Source of the DNA: Rhizaria sp. SCN 62-66
Lineage: Eukaryota
Direction of reading: 5' to 3'
Assembly (NCBI GenBank): GCA_001724265.1
Contig: MEDY01000211.1
Coordinates: forward strand, 1 to 52,070
DNA: 52,070 nt
Positions 1-15,000 of this stretch are shown piece by piece (the stretch's first letter is position 1; each line of letters starts with the position of its first letter). A program made the position numbers and the translations under genes. Below the pieces are notes generated by a model, which was not told the DNA's origin, did not search any database, and saw nothing but the letters and a program-made list of their open reading frames with translations.

Positions 1-1
1 C

Positions 2-3000
2 CGCGCCGACGCCGCGCAGCTGGCGGCGCCGTGGCGGCCGCCGCGCGGCTTCGAGGCGCGCAACGCGGTCGACTCCACTGACGCCGACGCCGCCGCGCTT
101 GAGGAGGCGCTGGCCGCCCCGCCTGCGGCGCGGCTGAGCCACGGCGCGCGCGCCGCCACGGCCGCCGCACAGGAGCTCGCCGTCAGCGCGGGCGGCTCGG
201 GCAGCGCCGCGCTGGAGGAGGCCGACATGTCCGGGCTTGCGCAGGGCGTGCGCGCGCTGCAGCGCCGCGGCAGCGCCGAGTTGGCTCCGCCCTCGCCGCG
301 ACGCGGCTCCGTGGCCGACGCCGCTGACGGCGCCAACGCGGCCGCGGGCGACGCGGGCGTGCTCTCGGCGACGGCGCAGTCGACCACGCTGCCCAGCGCG
401 AGAGACTTCCTCGCCGCGCTGGCCGCCAACGCCGCCGCGGGCGCCGCGGTGCTGGAGCGCTCCGCACGCGGGATGCCGCTGGGCGCGCATCGCGAGCACC
501 CGTTCGCCGCTGCCGCTGACCCGGCCGGCGGCGGCGGCGTCCTGGCCCGCGCGACGGCGCCGCGCGCGGTGCGGCTGCCGGTGCGTCCGCTGCCGTACGG
601 GTTCGTCACAGCCGGTGACCGCGCCGTGGCCGCGCAGGTTGCCGCGCTGCGCACCGCTGCTGTGGCCGCCGCGGCGGACGTTATTGACACCGTGACCACG
701 GCCGCGGCGGCCAACGCCGGCAGTACTGCAACCGAGACAGAGCCCGCAGCACTGATGCCGCCGCGCCTCGCCCTGTCGCGCGCTGAGGCGCCCGCCGCTG
801 CGGCGCTGCGCGCTGCGATCGGCGGAAACCACGGCCTGACCGGCGCGGCGCCGGCGCTGGGCACGCTGCGGCAGCGCGAGCAGCGGCTGCTGATGAGCGG
901 CGCGGCCGCTGCGCTGCAGGTGCTGTTTCCCGCGACGCCCGACACGCCGGACCTCTCGCTGCCCACCGTGCAATTGCTGCTGCTCCAGAAGGACGGCGCG
1001 ACGGCCGAGTCTTCCGCTGGCGCCGTGGGAGATGCTGCGCCCCACAACGGCGGCGCCGCCGATGCCGCCGACGAGAGCGACGGGGACGTGGAGCAGGAGG
1101 CGGATCCTGAGGCCGAGGCTGCCGACGCCGCCGTGCGCGGCCAGTCGCTCGCGGCTTACATGGACCAGCCTGGCTCGGATGAGGAGGCACTGCGGCTGCC
1201 CCCCGGCGCGACGGTGAGCACGCCGTTTCCCATGCCGCCGCCGCGCGCTGCGGCCGCGGGGTCACCCGCGCTGACGCCGCTGACGGAGGCCACGGCCACG
1301 GGCGGCATCGCAGTGCCCGTCCAGGCGCCCGCCCGCGTGCGCGGCGTCGGCGCGCCCGTGCCCGCGCTGCCGCGCCTCGCGATGCCTGAGCCAAGCCAGT
1401 CAACCGCACTGGTTCCCGGCGCGTTGTTGCCGCCCCTTGCGCTCAGCGACTCTGCCCGCGGCTCTGCGCGTGGCACAGCGCGGGCCACCTCTCGCACAAC
1501 GCTTCTGGATCGTGCACCCGTTGAAAAGCCCGCGTTTGAGGCTTCGGTTGCGATGTCCGCATTGGCAGCGTCCAAGGTGCGCCCCAACAAAGCTTCTTTT
1601 TACCCCTCGACGCTGCTCACTGTTCCCGCAGATCCGTTGGTTGCGGCGCAGTCTGCCGCGACTTCTGCTCGCGTGCGTACGACTGCTGCGGCAGCTGCGC
1701 GCGCTGCCGCAGCCGCTAAACAGCGCTCTGGGGCCGTCGCTATCGACCCCCGCGCAGTCGCAGCCGCCTTTGCCGCATCTGCCGAGGCGGAGGCGCTCGC
1801 CTTGAGGGCTGCAGTGGCGGCGTTGCCCGCTGGTGACCACCATCGCGCCGTGCCCACCGCTACGTTTGCCACGGGTGCGCTTGTGCCTTTCGCTGCTGAT
1901 GGGCCTTCGTCTGCTCGCGCGGGCACGCGCAATGACATTGCCGCCGCTGCCGAGGCCGCGCTGGTGTCCTCGGGCAGCATTTCGCACTCGGCCGGCGCTG
2001 GTGTGGGGATCACAACCAACCGTGTCAGCAGTGCAGTCGAGGCCGAGATGGGCGACTATCGCTCTCCGATGGTGTTTGTGCAGGCCAAGCTCGCGGAGCT
2101 GTTGGGAGAGGCGCGCGCGCCCTGGGCCAACGGCACTAACTCCTCTTGGCAGCCGCGGGCGATGCCAGCTAACGCAGGTGACGACCGTGCTTTCCTGACG
2201 CAGCTGACAGATGATGCTGAGCGCAAACGGCTGATCTTCGGCGACACCCCCCTTGGCTCGGCCACCGCAGCTGCTGCTGTTGCTGCCGGCGGACTGACTG
2301 AGCCTGCTGCAGAACTCGACGATGACGGCGCTCTGCTGTCAACATTGCACTCGACCGCTGCACGCGCTCACGCGCTCGTTGACTTGCTGGAGATTGGTCT
2401 CCGTGCTCGCCTTGGACTGCGGGCTACCGCCGCGACTGCAGTTCTGGCTGACCCCAACGTTGCCGCTCCGACGGCCGCCGCCTCTTTGTTCCCCGACAAG
2501 ATTGCGGACCCTTACGAGCTGCCGGCACACACTACTGCTCGCGCCTCGACGTCGGCCGCCGCGCTCGCGGGCTCGGGTTCTGCTGGCGCCGTCACAGCAG
2601 CGGTATCAATCGATCCGCGTTACACTGTGGTGCCTGCAGCAACGCTCGCAGCTGCGGCCCTTTCCTCCGCCGCAGCTACTGGCGCGCGCCTGGAGCCCGA
2701 GAGCGGTCTCGTCGACGCTGGAACCGTGCTCACCGACGGCGCTGGCGACGTGTGGCGTGACGCGGCGGGCGACCCCTGCCACGGCGACCTGCTGCTGCGC
2801 GTATCCGGGCTTGCGGAGGCCGGCGCAGCGGACGACGACACACCCGCCGATGCTGCCGCCGTCGCCGCAGCAGATGCCGGGCTTGTGGAGCTGTGCACTG
2901 ACCCCGCGCTGCTGGACGCCGCCGTCTGCGCGATCTTCTCTGAACTGCGTGAGGCCGTGTTCTCGCGCGAGCACCTGGAGGTCACCGGTGTCGCTGACTC

Positions 3001-6000
3001 TGTGGCGGATGACGCGCGTTCTGTGTCTTCCGCTGCAAATGCTGCCGCAGCGCGTGTGGCCGCTGTCACTGCTTCTGCGGAGGTCGCCCTTGCACAGCAG
3101 CTGCGCGCCGCCGCTGCTAACGATGCGGCTAATGCACGGGATGCGGCAGCCATGCGCGCCGACGTACTGGCATCCGCAGCGCGCGAGGCACAGTGGCAAG
3201 CGCCAGAGCTTCCAGGCGTTTTCCATACCGAGGACGCCTTTGCCGCTACAAATGCCGCCAAGCGACAGGGCTTTGCGGCCACGAGCACCGCTCTCGTTGA
3301 CCTGGACGCACCGAACCCGGCGCCCGTGCAGGCCCCCGCGCCGCCCGCTGCGCCGTCGCGCGTGCGGTTGCTGCCTGTGCCGCATTTCGCCGTTGCACAC
3401 CGCCTTGCTGCTGCGCTCCGCGGGCTCGAGCGCGAGTCGGCTACGGCGGCGGCGGAGGTCGCTCGTTTGGAGGAGGCTGAACACACACAGGAGCAGGAGC
3501 TGCAGTGGCGCTCCGCGTGGCGTGCGAAGAAAGACCTCCAACTGCAGCTGTACCGGCGCGGTGAGGCGGGGCTACTAGAGGAGCTCGCGCTCATTGCGCG
3601 CATTGACGCCGACACGCGCCAGGAGGTTGCGCAGCTTGCGCAAGACAACTTGCAGCTGCTTCAGGGCTACACGCGGCCCGGGCTTGTGCTGGGTGGAGCT
3701 GCGGAGCGCGAGTGGCGTCTGAGGCTCGTCGACGGACACATGTATCCACCGTCTTCCAGCTCCGATTCTGAGGGTGGCGACGATGAGGGTGACGAGGCTG
3801 ATGCGAAGACGAGTGCTAGTCAGCGGCCCGCCCGACATTTGTCGTCGACGATTGGCCACACGCTCTACGATGTGTACCGTCGCCTGTTACGGCAACGTAC
3901 AGAGCACGCCACGCTTGACTGTGAGCTTGCTCTGGCCACTCAAGAACGCGACGCTCTGCTGCTCCGCTTCGAGGCATTGTCGACTCTTACAGCGCAGACG
4001 TTGGTGCACCTCACTCCGCGTGCCATCGTGCCTGCAGCACTCCCCGTGCTACCTGCTTCTGTTGCACGCACTCTTGAGTCCAACGCCACGCCTGGCTCTG
4101 CCCCCGCTCATTCAGCTGGCGCCTCAGGTTGGTCGTCCCAGTCGCCATTCTCCCAGACGCCCTCCTTGTCCGTTGCGAACCCTGCAGCTAACAACGCACA
4201 AAACAAGACCATCACGACGGCGGCGCTCGAGTGGGCTGACGCTCAGGCTGCGCGCTGGGACCGCTGGATGCGGCGCGCGTTTCCGTCTCTGCTGCCGACG
4301 GCCGGAGAGGAGGCTCTGGAGCTCCCGCGTTACTACGCACTTATGCGCCGCCGCATGTTGCGGCAGGCTCATGCTGACGCCGCGCGGCGCACGCGTGCGC
4401 AGGTGCTGACGCAGCAGCTTGCATCGCAGCAGCGCACGGCCGAGGCAGCGGGTTCCCTCAGTGCTGCCTCTTCGTTCGGCGCGCGGAGTGGCGTAATGAC
4501 TCGCAACACCAGTGCCACCGCGATCTCCCTCGCACACGCACATGGACACGCTTCTGCAGCAGATGCTCAAGAGCGCAAGGACGCAACTGCTGCGGAGATT
4601 GATGCTGCGTATGCAGGTGTTGATGAACCTGAATCTGCAGTTGGAGGCGCGTTTGATCGTGCGCTCTGGCGCTGGCTTGCGCTGCGAGCTGGTGCCGCTG
4701 ACTGGGGGCTTATTGGTCTCGCCGCTCTCGATGGCACGGCTACCATTACTGGAGCTGAGCGCCCACTCGAGTCTGTGCTTGCCGCAGCTGCTCGCAACCA
4801 CGCCCGCCACACTCGCGCAGCCGCTGCCGTGTGGGCACTCAACAACTCCGGCTATGCCCCATTCTCTCCCAGAGCCTCCGACCCCTTTGACGGATACACG
4901 AGCGACAGTGGAAGCGACTGCGACGCACCTATGCCTGTGCTGATTCCCGACTTGCACGCCGATTCTTCTAGAGACGACGACACGGCTGCCGCTGCTGCTG
5001 CGGCTGCGAAGGCTGCCGCCGCGGAGCCCGCCGCAGCCACTCCTGTTCGCCGTGCCGCTGCACACGAGCTTCCTTTGTCAACGCTTCTGCAGCATGAGCG
5101 TCGCATGCAGGCGGCCCCAGCCAGTGACGCGTCCAACGCGCTGCGTTTGCCTGGCGAGGAGGAAGGTGAGGCCGCGCCGATGCGGCTGCCTCCGCCTATC
5201 GCGATGCACCGCCGCACCTCTCTCTCGCACCTGGCCACCGCTGCGGCTGCTGCGGCCGCCGCGACGGCAGCAGCTGCCGCCGCGGCTGCCGCTGGTTCGA
5301 GCCCTCACGCCGGGTCTGCTGCCTCCGCTGGTGCCGCGTTTGGTGGTCGTAACAGCAGTTCCTCAGGGTCATTCTTTGGCAACCCACCCGCCCTCGCTCA
5401 AGGGCTAGGTCGTCGTAACTCAGTGTCTCTTGCTCTGGCCGCTGATGCCGCTGCTGCCGCCGCTGCAGCCGCCGCTGCAGCAGCCGCGTCGCCGTCTTCC
5501 CAAGCTCCGCCCGTCGAACCGAGGCGTGAGCGTGCCGCTCCCCGCGCATTGCGCGCTCGTGCGCCGCGGTCGAGACGTGCGGCCGCAAGCCGCCGTGGGC
5601 AGCAAATTGCGGGCAGGCGCCGGTCTGTGGCGTCGAGCTCTGAGAGCGGAAGCTCCAGCGGTGACCAAGACGACGATGATGACGACGAAGTCATTGACGC
5701 CGCCGAGGCCGCGGTGCTTGCGTCTGAGGGCGCTGAGCACGCCGCGCTTGCCGCGCAGCTGTTGCGTCCCGGACTGACGCGCCCGCGTCCGCCCACTGGC
5801 TCCACCGTGCCCACTCTCGGCGCGCTGGCTGGAGCGAACCGCAGCGGCACGATGCCGCCGCTCCCAAGCGCTGGCGGCCGCTCCGTGCGTCTGCGTCCCC
5901 GCGGCGCCGCTGCACCTGAGACTGTAGCCGCTGCGCTTGTGGCGCAACCGGCTGGCTTAAGCACCCCGGGCCGCCGCTCTTTATCGGCCGCATCTGGCGG

Positions 6001-9000
6001 GACACCCGCGCAGTCGCAGCCACCTACGCCCTCGGGGTCGACGACGCCTCGCGTGCCCGGCGCTCTGCAAGCGTTCACCAAGCGACCCAGTCTTTTTGCC
6101 TCTGCTGAGGCGCTGGCGCTCGCACAGACGGCGCTTCTCGCCGGCAGCACTGCGCGCCCAAGCGTCTTCGGCGCACTCGCACGCACGGCAGCACCTGGCG
6201 CCGCCGTGACCGTAAACCCGGGCACATGGCACTCGCCTGCTTTGGCTGTCGCCGTTAGAAACCTTACGAAGCGCGCGATCCGGCGGCTGCGCGAGGCGAC
6301 GCCGTGGCACCAAGCGATGCTACTGACTTCAGCGACAGAGGCTGCAGCTGCAGCTAGTACTGTGGCGAACACTGGTGGCACCGTTGTGCTGACCACCGCT
6401 GCTGGGAAGATTGCTGCTGACACTGCGGCCACCGCGGCCGCCGACGCTGCTGTTGTCCGTGCGCTTGACAACGAGGTTGCCGCCGCGGCTGCCGGAGCTG
6501 CGGACGCGGCGTCGGTGGCGCTGGGCCGCTCCCGTCATCGCGATGCTACGTCTGTCTTCATTGAGAATGAAGACTCGACGCGTGTTCACGGCGCCCAGGC
6601 CGTTGAGGCGTCGACCATTGCGGTGACGACTGCGTTGCAGGCATGGGACGATGCCGCAGCTGCCGCTGCTGCATCTGTAACCGTCACGGATGCCGAACCC
6701 CCTGCAAGCTTTCTTCCTGCGTTGTCTCATTCTGCCGCTGTCGAGACCTCTTCACAGGCACATTCACGGCCGCCAACCCGCCCTGGCACTGCAGCTGGCG
6801 CAGGCGTCCCCTCATCCTCTCAACTCGACGCTGCAGAGCAGGCACTTGCTGCGCAGGCGCTGATTGCTGTGATCCGGCAACCGGGCCTGCTCAACGCGCC
6901 TCTGTCTGCCTCGCCTTTCGCTGTCATGCCGAACACGCCGAAGCCTGCTGGGGACGGCGGCTTTCCGTTGCTTCTCTCACCACGCGCGTCGATGACAAGT
7001 CCTCTGGCTCCTTTGCTCCAGCTGGCCGCTTCCGCCGCCGCTGCTCCGACCGCCGCTACTGCCGAGCAGACTACGGCGAGAGCGTCGTTTTTTACGCAAA
7101 TGGCACAGGTTGCTCCAACCGAGCAGCGTTCAACCGAATCACGGGCTGCGGCTGTCATCCCTCGCTCGTTGCTGCCGCTGTTGCCGCCGCAGATGGTGCT
7201 GTTGATGCGTGCGGTGCCGACGCTGCCGCTCGCCGCCGCGCTTGCAAAGTTGGTGTCTCCAGCTCCTCTACCCGCCGCTTCGGTCACAGCCGCCTCCTCA
7301 GGTGCTGCTGCCGCTGCCGCACTTTCCGCGGCATCAACTGCTGGTGGAATTGGCTATGGTACCCCCGGCCAGCAGCGACGCTCGATGGTGCAGCGGCCGT
7401 CTATGGTGCGCTCATCGACCGTGGGCCTTGCGCCCACGCCAGTGCCCATGACACCAGCTGTTTCTTTGCAGCCGCCCACACCAATGACCACAACCGCACC
7501 TGCACTCGCTGCACCTACGCTTACAAGCGTTGCCTCCAACAGCGCCGTGTTGTCTGTCACTGTCTCTCAGCTTCCCAGACTACCTACCTCGCTGCCGCCG
7601 GCTGTCACCTTGCTTGTGAGCGCTGCGCGCTTGACTCTCTTGCGCGCCGCTTCTGTGCTTGTGACTCGATCCACTGGAGGCAAGGGCCGCGCTGCAGCTG
7701 CTGCGCGCGCCAAAGCTGCACTTCAAGCTGTTTCTGTCAACGTGGATGCTGCCGCTGCAAACGCAACTCACGGCAAGGATGCGAGTCTGTCGCCCTCACC
7801 ACGCCGCTCAAGTCTTGCTGATCTGCGATCTCCCAACGCGCCGCTAACGCCCACTTCTGGCGCGACACCAGCCGCGGGTTCTCACCCCACACAGTCTCCT
7901 GCCGCAGTCGGTTCCTCGAGCGCTAGTGCTCGCGGTCCAATGCTGCCTCCGCTCGTTGCAGCGGCTGTGACAGCTGCTATGGCGTCTGCCCTTGGCTTGC
8001 CTCTTCCGTCCATTGAGGTGAGATCTTCTATGAGGCCGACAGTGAGCGCCCTCGAGACGGCAGTTGCTGCACTTGACGCGGCCGCAGCTGCAGCAGCACC
8101 TGCCGAATCTACCTTGCAGACTGCGACTGCGCAAGGCTCTGTTGCCCTAAGCACATCCAAGTCAGCGTCTCAACGCGCGGCGCAGCGTGCGTCCGCTGGT
8201 CCTGCTGCTGCGCTTGCTGTCGTGGCTACTGCTGTCCGAGCACTCTTGCCACAAGCTGCGCCTGCCAACACTGCCATTTCATCTGGCGTTAACAGTGGCT
8301 TTTCAACCACTCCTAGTTCCGTGCCCGCCTTTGGCTGGGGTAGTGCTGCACCAACGCCTCTGGCAAGCTCAACGGCGGCTTCCTCTGATTCCAGCTCTGT
8401 GGGCCCGCTGTCACCGCGCCATCGTCGTAACGCCAGCAACGATTCCGCCGCAACGCCTGCGTCCGCAATGCACTCACCGGCGGCAGCCGGCGGGCTTGCA
8501 CTTGTTGCCGGCAGCGTTGGCGTTGCAGCGGCACTTGCAGCGGCGCTTGGCGTGCGTCTCGGTGGCCATTCGCGTCGGCCTTCACAGTCGGGCATCGTTG
8601 GCCCCTTGTCTCCCTCGCGTGGCCGCAGCAAGTCGCCTTCCGCGGCTGCTGCTGCTGCAGCGGCGGCAGGAGGACTTACGACGCCTGGTGTTGATCGTTC
8701 GCGCACAGTCAAGTCACCGCGTGCGCCTCCGACTGGCGCCGCGCCGACACCCAGCGCCGGCCGCACAGCCTTCACTTTTGATCTGCCTGAGACGGGCGCT
8801 CCACCGCTTGCTCGGGCGTCGTCAGTGGCTGACAGTGTCAGTTCGCCACGCTCCCGCCGAGGAGGCGTGCACGGCGGGGCTACGCCGCTCGCGATTTCTT
8901 CGCCGCGCTCTGGCGCCACTACTTCGACTCGCGCCGCACACGGTCATGCGCGTCGAGGGTCGGCCGCCGGTGCGACAGCCTCCGCTGCGTCGGCTGCCAA

Positions 9001-12000
9001 CCGCTTTGCTGCGCTTGAGACACTGCTCACGCGTCAGGTCAACCTGTTGCGCTACCTCCGTCGTGCACGTGCGGCCGTCGTGCTGCCGCCTCCGCCACCT
9101 CCAGTGTACTTATCGCTTCCTCTCTTGCTTGATGCCGCGCCACAGCTCGCGCCACTGTGGGCAGTTACGCTCACGCTCGTGCACGCGAACACCAACAGCC
9201 CCACGCGGGGCTCTGGGCTTGTCCTTGCCGCGCGTGCGCTTGGTTTGCCGGCTGGCTCAACTGCGCTTGCGCATATGTCGGCGCTGACCGCTGTCGCTGG
9301 CCCACTCTGGCGTGTGTTGCTGTCGGAACCTTTAGCGTCACTGCCAACACCGGCACGCGCGATTGTCACGGCGTTACTGGCCCGTTCCAATACTGTCTCA
9401 GCACGTGCGCGCGCGGCAGCAGCCGCGGCTGCGGCAACGGCGGCGTTACAGGCCCTGGAAACTGCTCGTACAGTGTCAGTGCTATTGACCGCCGAAATCG
9501 CCCTTGGTGAAGCCTGGCTCTCGACAAATCCGATGCTCGCCGCCGCAGTTACTGCTACGGAGACCACTAAGACAAATTTGTTTGTTGAAACAGGCCCTGA
9601 CTCCGACACAGATGCTGATACCGACAGTGACAGCGATGATGGTGGAACCGCGAAGCGCGCAGCAGGTTTATCTCGGCGTACGCCGACAAAGGTCAGTCGC
9701 AGCGCCATGGTCGATGCCGAAATCTCTGCATGTGTCAATGGATTTTCTGTCACATCTGCCGCTTTGTATGCTTCCGCCGACGCTCTTGCCACCGCTTTAT
9801 CACCTGCTACTGCTGACGATCGCCAGAACGCAACGCTGCCCATTCACCCGCTTGTCGCTCGCGCTTTGTCGCTGTCGACACCCTACCGCGCGCTTCACTC
9901 CGCGCGCCGCCGCGCTGCGGCCGCAGCTGTGCGCCGCGCAGCTCGTGCGCGTGCTGCAGCGGAAGCCGCCGCGACTGCTGCAGCACTCGCTGCTGCTGCC
10001 CGCAAAGCTGCCCACAAAGCTCGCGCCAAAGCCCGTGCCGCCGAAAAGCATCGCTTGCGAACGGGCGGTGCACGGAGTTCTTCCACTGCGACAGCCGCAG
10101 TTATTGACGCTGTGACTGAGGTTCCGGTTGTCGTGCCTGCGGAGGAGCCGGTGCCCACTCTGCCTGCCCCCTTGCCCGGTAGTATTGCTGCTGCCGATGC
10201 TGCCACGGCTGCCGCTGCAAGTGCGACCGAGTTCTCAGTCCGATGTGCACGGCGTCGCCGTGCTGCAGTTACGGCGCTCACGGCTCTTAACACAGCTGCG
10301 CAGGCACACGCCACATGGTGGATGTCGGTTGCTGCCGCGGCCGGTGCCCCGGTGTCTGTATCTTGGAACCAGCACTCGCGCAGTGACGACCCTGAGTTAG
10401 TCCTGCAGCGCGTCTCTGCTTCCGACGCCGACCCCGCGTGCGGTGGGGAGAGCAACATCGACATTACGCCCGACGCTGTGGGCGCCACAAACAGCGATGA
10501 CCTCAATCGTACGGGTTCCCCTCGCCCGCCCCGTCGCGCAGCCCCTCGCCGCCCTCCGACTGGTCCTTCGACCGCGGCCCTATCGCCGGCCACGCTTGCC
10601 CGTGCGCTACCTTCTGTTCCGAACCGTCCCGCGCCGCGGCGTGCGGCTCCTAGACTCGCTCCTGGCGCGACGTCGGGCACGGCGACGCTGGCTACGACTC
10701 TTGTGGTCGGGAGCATTTTTGCCGTTCAGCGCACGCCGTCACCAGTGCCTGTTAGAGAGATTCCTGCTTTGTTCCCGACCGCAGTGTTTAATTCCGTTGC
10801 AAGTGCCGTTGCCTTTGAGGAGCGCCGTGCTCGCCACCGTGACGCTCTCTGGGCTCGCATGTCTGTCACCTCGCGGTCCTTGAAGAGTGTGATGTCACAG
10901 CTGCACCGGCTGAAGTGTACGGTTCACGCAACCAGTAACGGCCATTCTGGGTCATCAAGTGCTACGCAAATGAATCCTGACGCGATGGCTTTGCTTCCTT
11001 TCCTATCGTCAGATAAATTCACCAGCGCGACTCTGCCTGCTCCCAAGGGGTCTCTTCCTCTGAGCCCTCCACCGCTGCCCCTGTCAGCTGCGCTGGTTGC
11101 CGCGGCCGAGTTTTCTGCTGTTGCGGCGGCGGCTGATCTTCAGGCGCAACGTCGCGCCCTCGCCACGCCACTGCCCACCGCTGCCACAGCCTCGGGTGCT
11201 GCTTTGGCTGCAGCTGCAACGACTGCGGCTACGGCTGGTGCGGGGCTGCAGACACTCTTGTCGCCGCCACTGCTACACGAACTTTTTGCGGCATACGTTA
11301 TCAGCAAGGCTGAGGCTGTCGCCATTGGGGCGTGTGGATCACTGCGCGACGCTGCAGACATTGGGCTGGGTACGGCAGCTTTGTCTCATCACCCGACTGA
11401 GCATGGCGTGTGGACTGTCGCTTCTAAGAAAGTTTCCGATGGTGTCGCTGTGTCCGAAGCAAAGCCGGACCTGGATGGTCAGGATGCGCTTGAGAGTGCT
11501 TTCCGCGAGCTTGCTATGATCGCTAAGAACAGCAGTAACCCTGCGGTGGCCGCTGCTGCCACAGCCGCCTCGGCTGCTCCTGAGCTCCCTACTGTACCAA
11601 CACTTACATCGATGCTTTTACAGGCTCCGCGGTTTGTACAGGCCGACTCGTCAGCCGACTCTTCAGCCTTGCCAGTTCCCGCGGTCGCTGCCTTGATTGC
11701 GACATCACTTATGCGTGCATTTGCGCAGCATGCTGTTGCGGAACCCTCACTTGCACTGATGCTTGCTTCTTTACAAGACAGCATTGCTCTTGCGGCTGCG
11801 CCTTGCGTTGCCCCAATTGCGTCTGTTTCAGCATCAGGATCTGGAATTGCAGCGAAAAAAGCTTCTAGCTCTACTGCGCCGACGACCCACGTGCATTCAA
11901 GCTCGAAGAAATCTGCAGCTGCCAGTGGTAGCGTGGCGGACTCTATTGCTGTTTCCTGTGTGATGCCGCCCCGTCGCGCTGTCCGGCACAAGTTTATGGG

Positions 12001-15000
12001 CTTAGGCACAGCGTCGGGTGTCTCGGCGGCCACCGGTGCGCCCGCTGTGTTGTGTGACGACGCGAGTGTTTTTGATGCGGATGACGACAATGATGCGGCT
12101 GCCGCGGTCGGCAGCACGCCGTGGCCGTTATCACATCTCGCGGCCGCCACCGAGGACGCATCTGCACTTGACTCAGCGATGCGCACGTGGGCCGCTGTCG
12201 CGTCTGCGCAGCTCGAGTGGGCGTTAACGACGGGCGCTGCAGCGACATCCTCCGCATTCGCGTCTGCCATGGACTCTGCTGAGGGCGTTCCCGACGTCAC
12301 TCCTGTTTGCGCACTTACCGCTGCCTTGCAGGCGAGTAAGCGTCATCGTCTATCATCGGCGCGTGGTCGTGTTGCTCCTCCGGTGCCTTCGTTCACTCCC
12401 GGATTGGGCGATGCAGGCGGTGACGGAGGTGATGGCCAGCTGCCACAGGTTCTACCACTGCCGCTTTTACGCGTACTGCTTCGGACTGTGTTCCCACTGA
12501 AGCCGCCTGCGCACATCGAGGAGCTTCTCACCGTTGCCGTGCGTGACGGTGGATTTGTGCTTCGCTGCGATGGGCCTCCGCCGTTGGCGCCTGACGGCAC
12601 ACCGCTCTTGGCCGCACAGCGCCGTGGTCGCGGCCCGCTCGGCCGCAACAGTAAGCGGAACAATGAAACCGCTGTGGCAGGTCCCGTGACAGCAGCTGTC
12701 GCCCTTGCAATTGCGTCCACAGCTGAGCGCACTCTTGTGACGCTCACAGCAAACAAGGCTGCACAAGAGGCAAACGCCGGCGTTTCTGCATCGAGTGCGT
12801 TGCTTGCTGTCCCACCACACTTGTGCGATGCTGCTGCATCTACCATCTTAGCCGCTGGTCCTGCAGAGTCTGTTAACAACGGTCCACAGCAAGGAGGACA
12901 ACAGATTCAACCCCCGCAGGCACCGTCGCTGATGGCTTCGTTGCTTGACCATCGCTCTGGCCTCACGCGTGATACATGGCACCGTCTTTTACTGCAACTT
13001 TCGCCCGCAAATGTTACACAGAGCGGACTTTCCTCGGCTGCTGCCTTGGCTCTGGAGTGCACACCTGGTGCGCATGGCTTGCTGACGACGTTGACCAAGC
13101 TGTTGGCTTGTCCACGTGTCTCGCCTGACTCTGAGGCCCGCGACAACGCTCCATCCGCCTCTTCTCGCGCTCCCACGATTGCGGCTTTGCACGAGGCTGT
13201 GTTGTCTGCTCTGGGGGGCGATCCTGCAGATCGCGCAGTTGCTGTTGGGCGACATTGGGCGTCATCGACTCGCGGCGCTGCGCGCCTTGCCGCTGCTGCC
13301 TCCCTGCGTAATCCGCTCTCGGCGCCACACTCGTCACTCGCTGCCGTCGCGCCTTCCGTCGCGCCCCCGGCCCCCGTGATGCTTGGTCGGGATATTGTGC
13401 AGGCCGGCAGCTCGCGCACTGCCGATGCCACCCGCCCCGTTACGCGCGCCGGGGCAGCTGCTCCCGGCGATGACTCTGCGTCAGACTCGGAAGCTCTTGC
13501 CGGTGACAATGGTGTGCCTGCTTCTGACTCTACTGACGGTATGGACTGGTCATGGTTTGACGCACCAAACCTTGGTCCTGAGCTGCAGACTGCTGCGCAA
13601 CGCGTGGACGCTGCAGTGCACGTGACGTACACCGCAGAGGGCACCGCAGAGGCCGCCGTGCCTGCTGTCCACGCGGCAGCTCGTACTGATTGGGAACTTG
13701 ATGAGACGTTGCTTGCAGCTGCTGAAGCCGCAGTTGCCAAGTGCACGACACGTCGTGCATTGCGTGCACTGATTACTGCCGCGACTGAGCGCGCACGTTC
13801 TTCAGTTACGTCAGCGGTTGCATCGGCACTCACCGCGAAGTCGTTTGAACTTACTCAATCTTTTGTTTATGTTGGCTCTGTGACGACACCGAACACCAGT
13901 GCCATCACGCCTAACATATCGACGAAGGCTCCTGCAGCGCCTGGGGCCGCACGTAAATCGCGGTCGTCAAATCTCTTGCAGCGCCTGTTGGTCGGTGGCG
14001 AGGGCTCTTTGGCGCCGTCCGAGGCCCGCGCTGCGTTTGAGAGCGCAGCAGCAGACGATGAAGAGCAAGCCCGTGTGCGAGTCGAGGCAGAGACGGCTGG
14101 TCTGAAGCCTGTCAGCAACACGGATGCATCAACTGGTTTTACGAACGGAAACACCCAGAAGCCTAACAACAACCCCGTAGCGCTTGCAAGAACTGTCTCC
14201 AACGCGGCCACGGCGGCGCGTATATTTACCCCTACTGGTACTTTGGGCTCACCAGTTGCAGCACCTGTCGCATCAATCGTCTGCCGTCAACCAAGTGTGC
14301 TCGACCGCGCATCATCCCTTCTGACCGTGGTTTCTATTCCAGCCTTGCTTGCGACTCCGGCCGCGTCTGGCGCTGCTCTTACGCCCACACCGTTCATGTC
14401 GTTGTTGCGTGCACAAGCGCTGACAGAGTCGTCAGACGCCGTCGCGTGCACGCTGCGCCGCTCGTTGCACATGAGCGCTACTGCCTTGCCACATTCACGG
14501 GCTGTCCGTGCGCGTGCGACGACCCGTGCTGCCGCCCGCGCCTTGGCGACACTGGCCCGCGCTGCCGCAGCTCAAAGGCTCGCGGCACTACCCGCCGCAT
14601 CACAAATGGCGTCGCTCAATGACACTGCTGCCGCAGCAGCCGCCGTTGCGCAGCCCTCACCCGTGGCTGGTGGCGAGACTGAAGCAGGATCCGCTGCCAG
14701 TGCGCCGCTACAAGCTCCTATTGTCACCGCACCAGTGACCGTCGCTCGCGCCTCGAGCCGCGCGTCAGTTTCATCAACGCCCGCGCTTGCGCCGCGCACG
14801 ATGGGATCAGTGCCTGAACTTACGCTTGCTGTGCCTGCTGCAGGTCCAGTTGCCAGCGTTGTTTCGAGTGCAACTGCATGCGTCGCCGTCTCTGCTGCGG
14901 TCGGCGCGTTGGGAGCCGCAGCTGGGCTTGCGGATGCGACATTAGTGTTGGACGCACTTGCGACTGGTGCACCTCTGCCGCCTGCGGTGACTGATTGCGC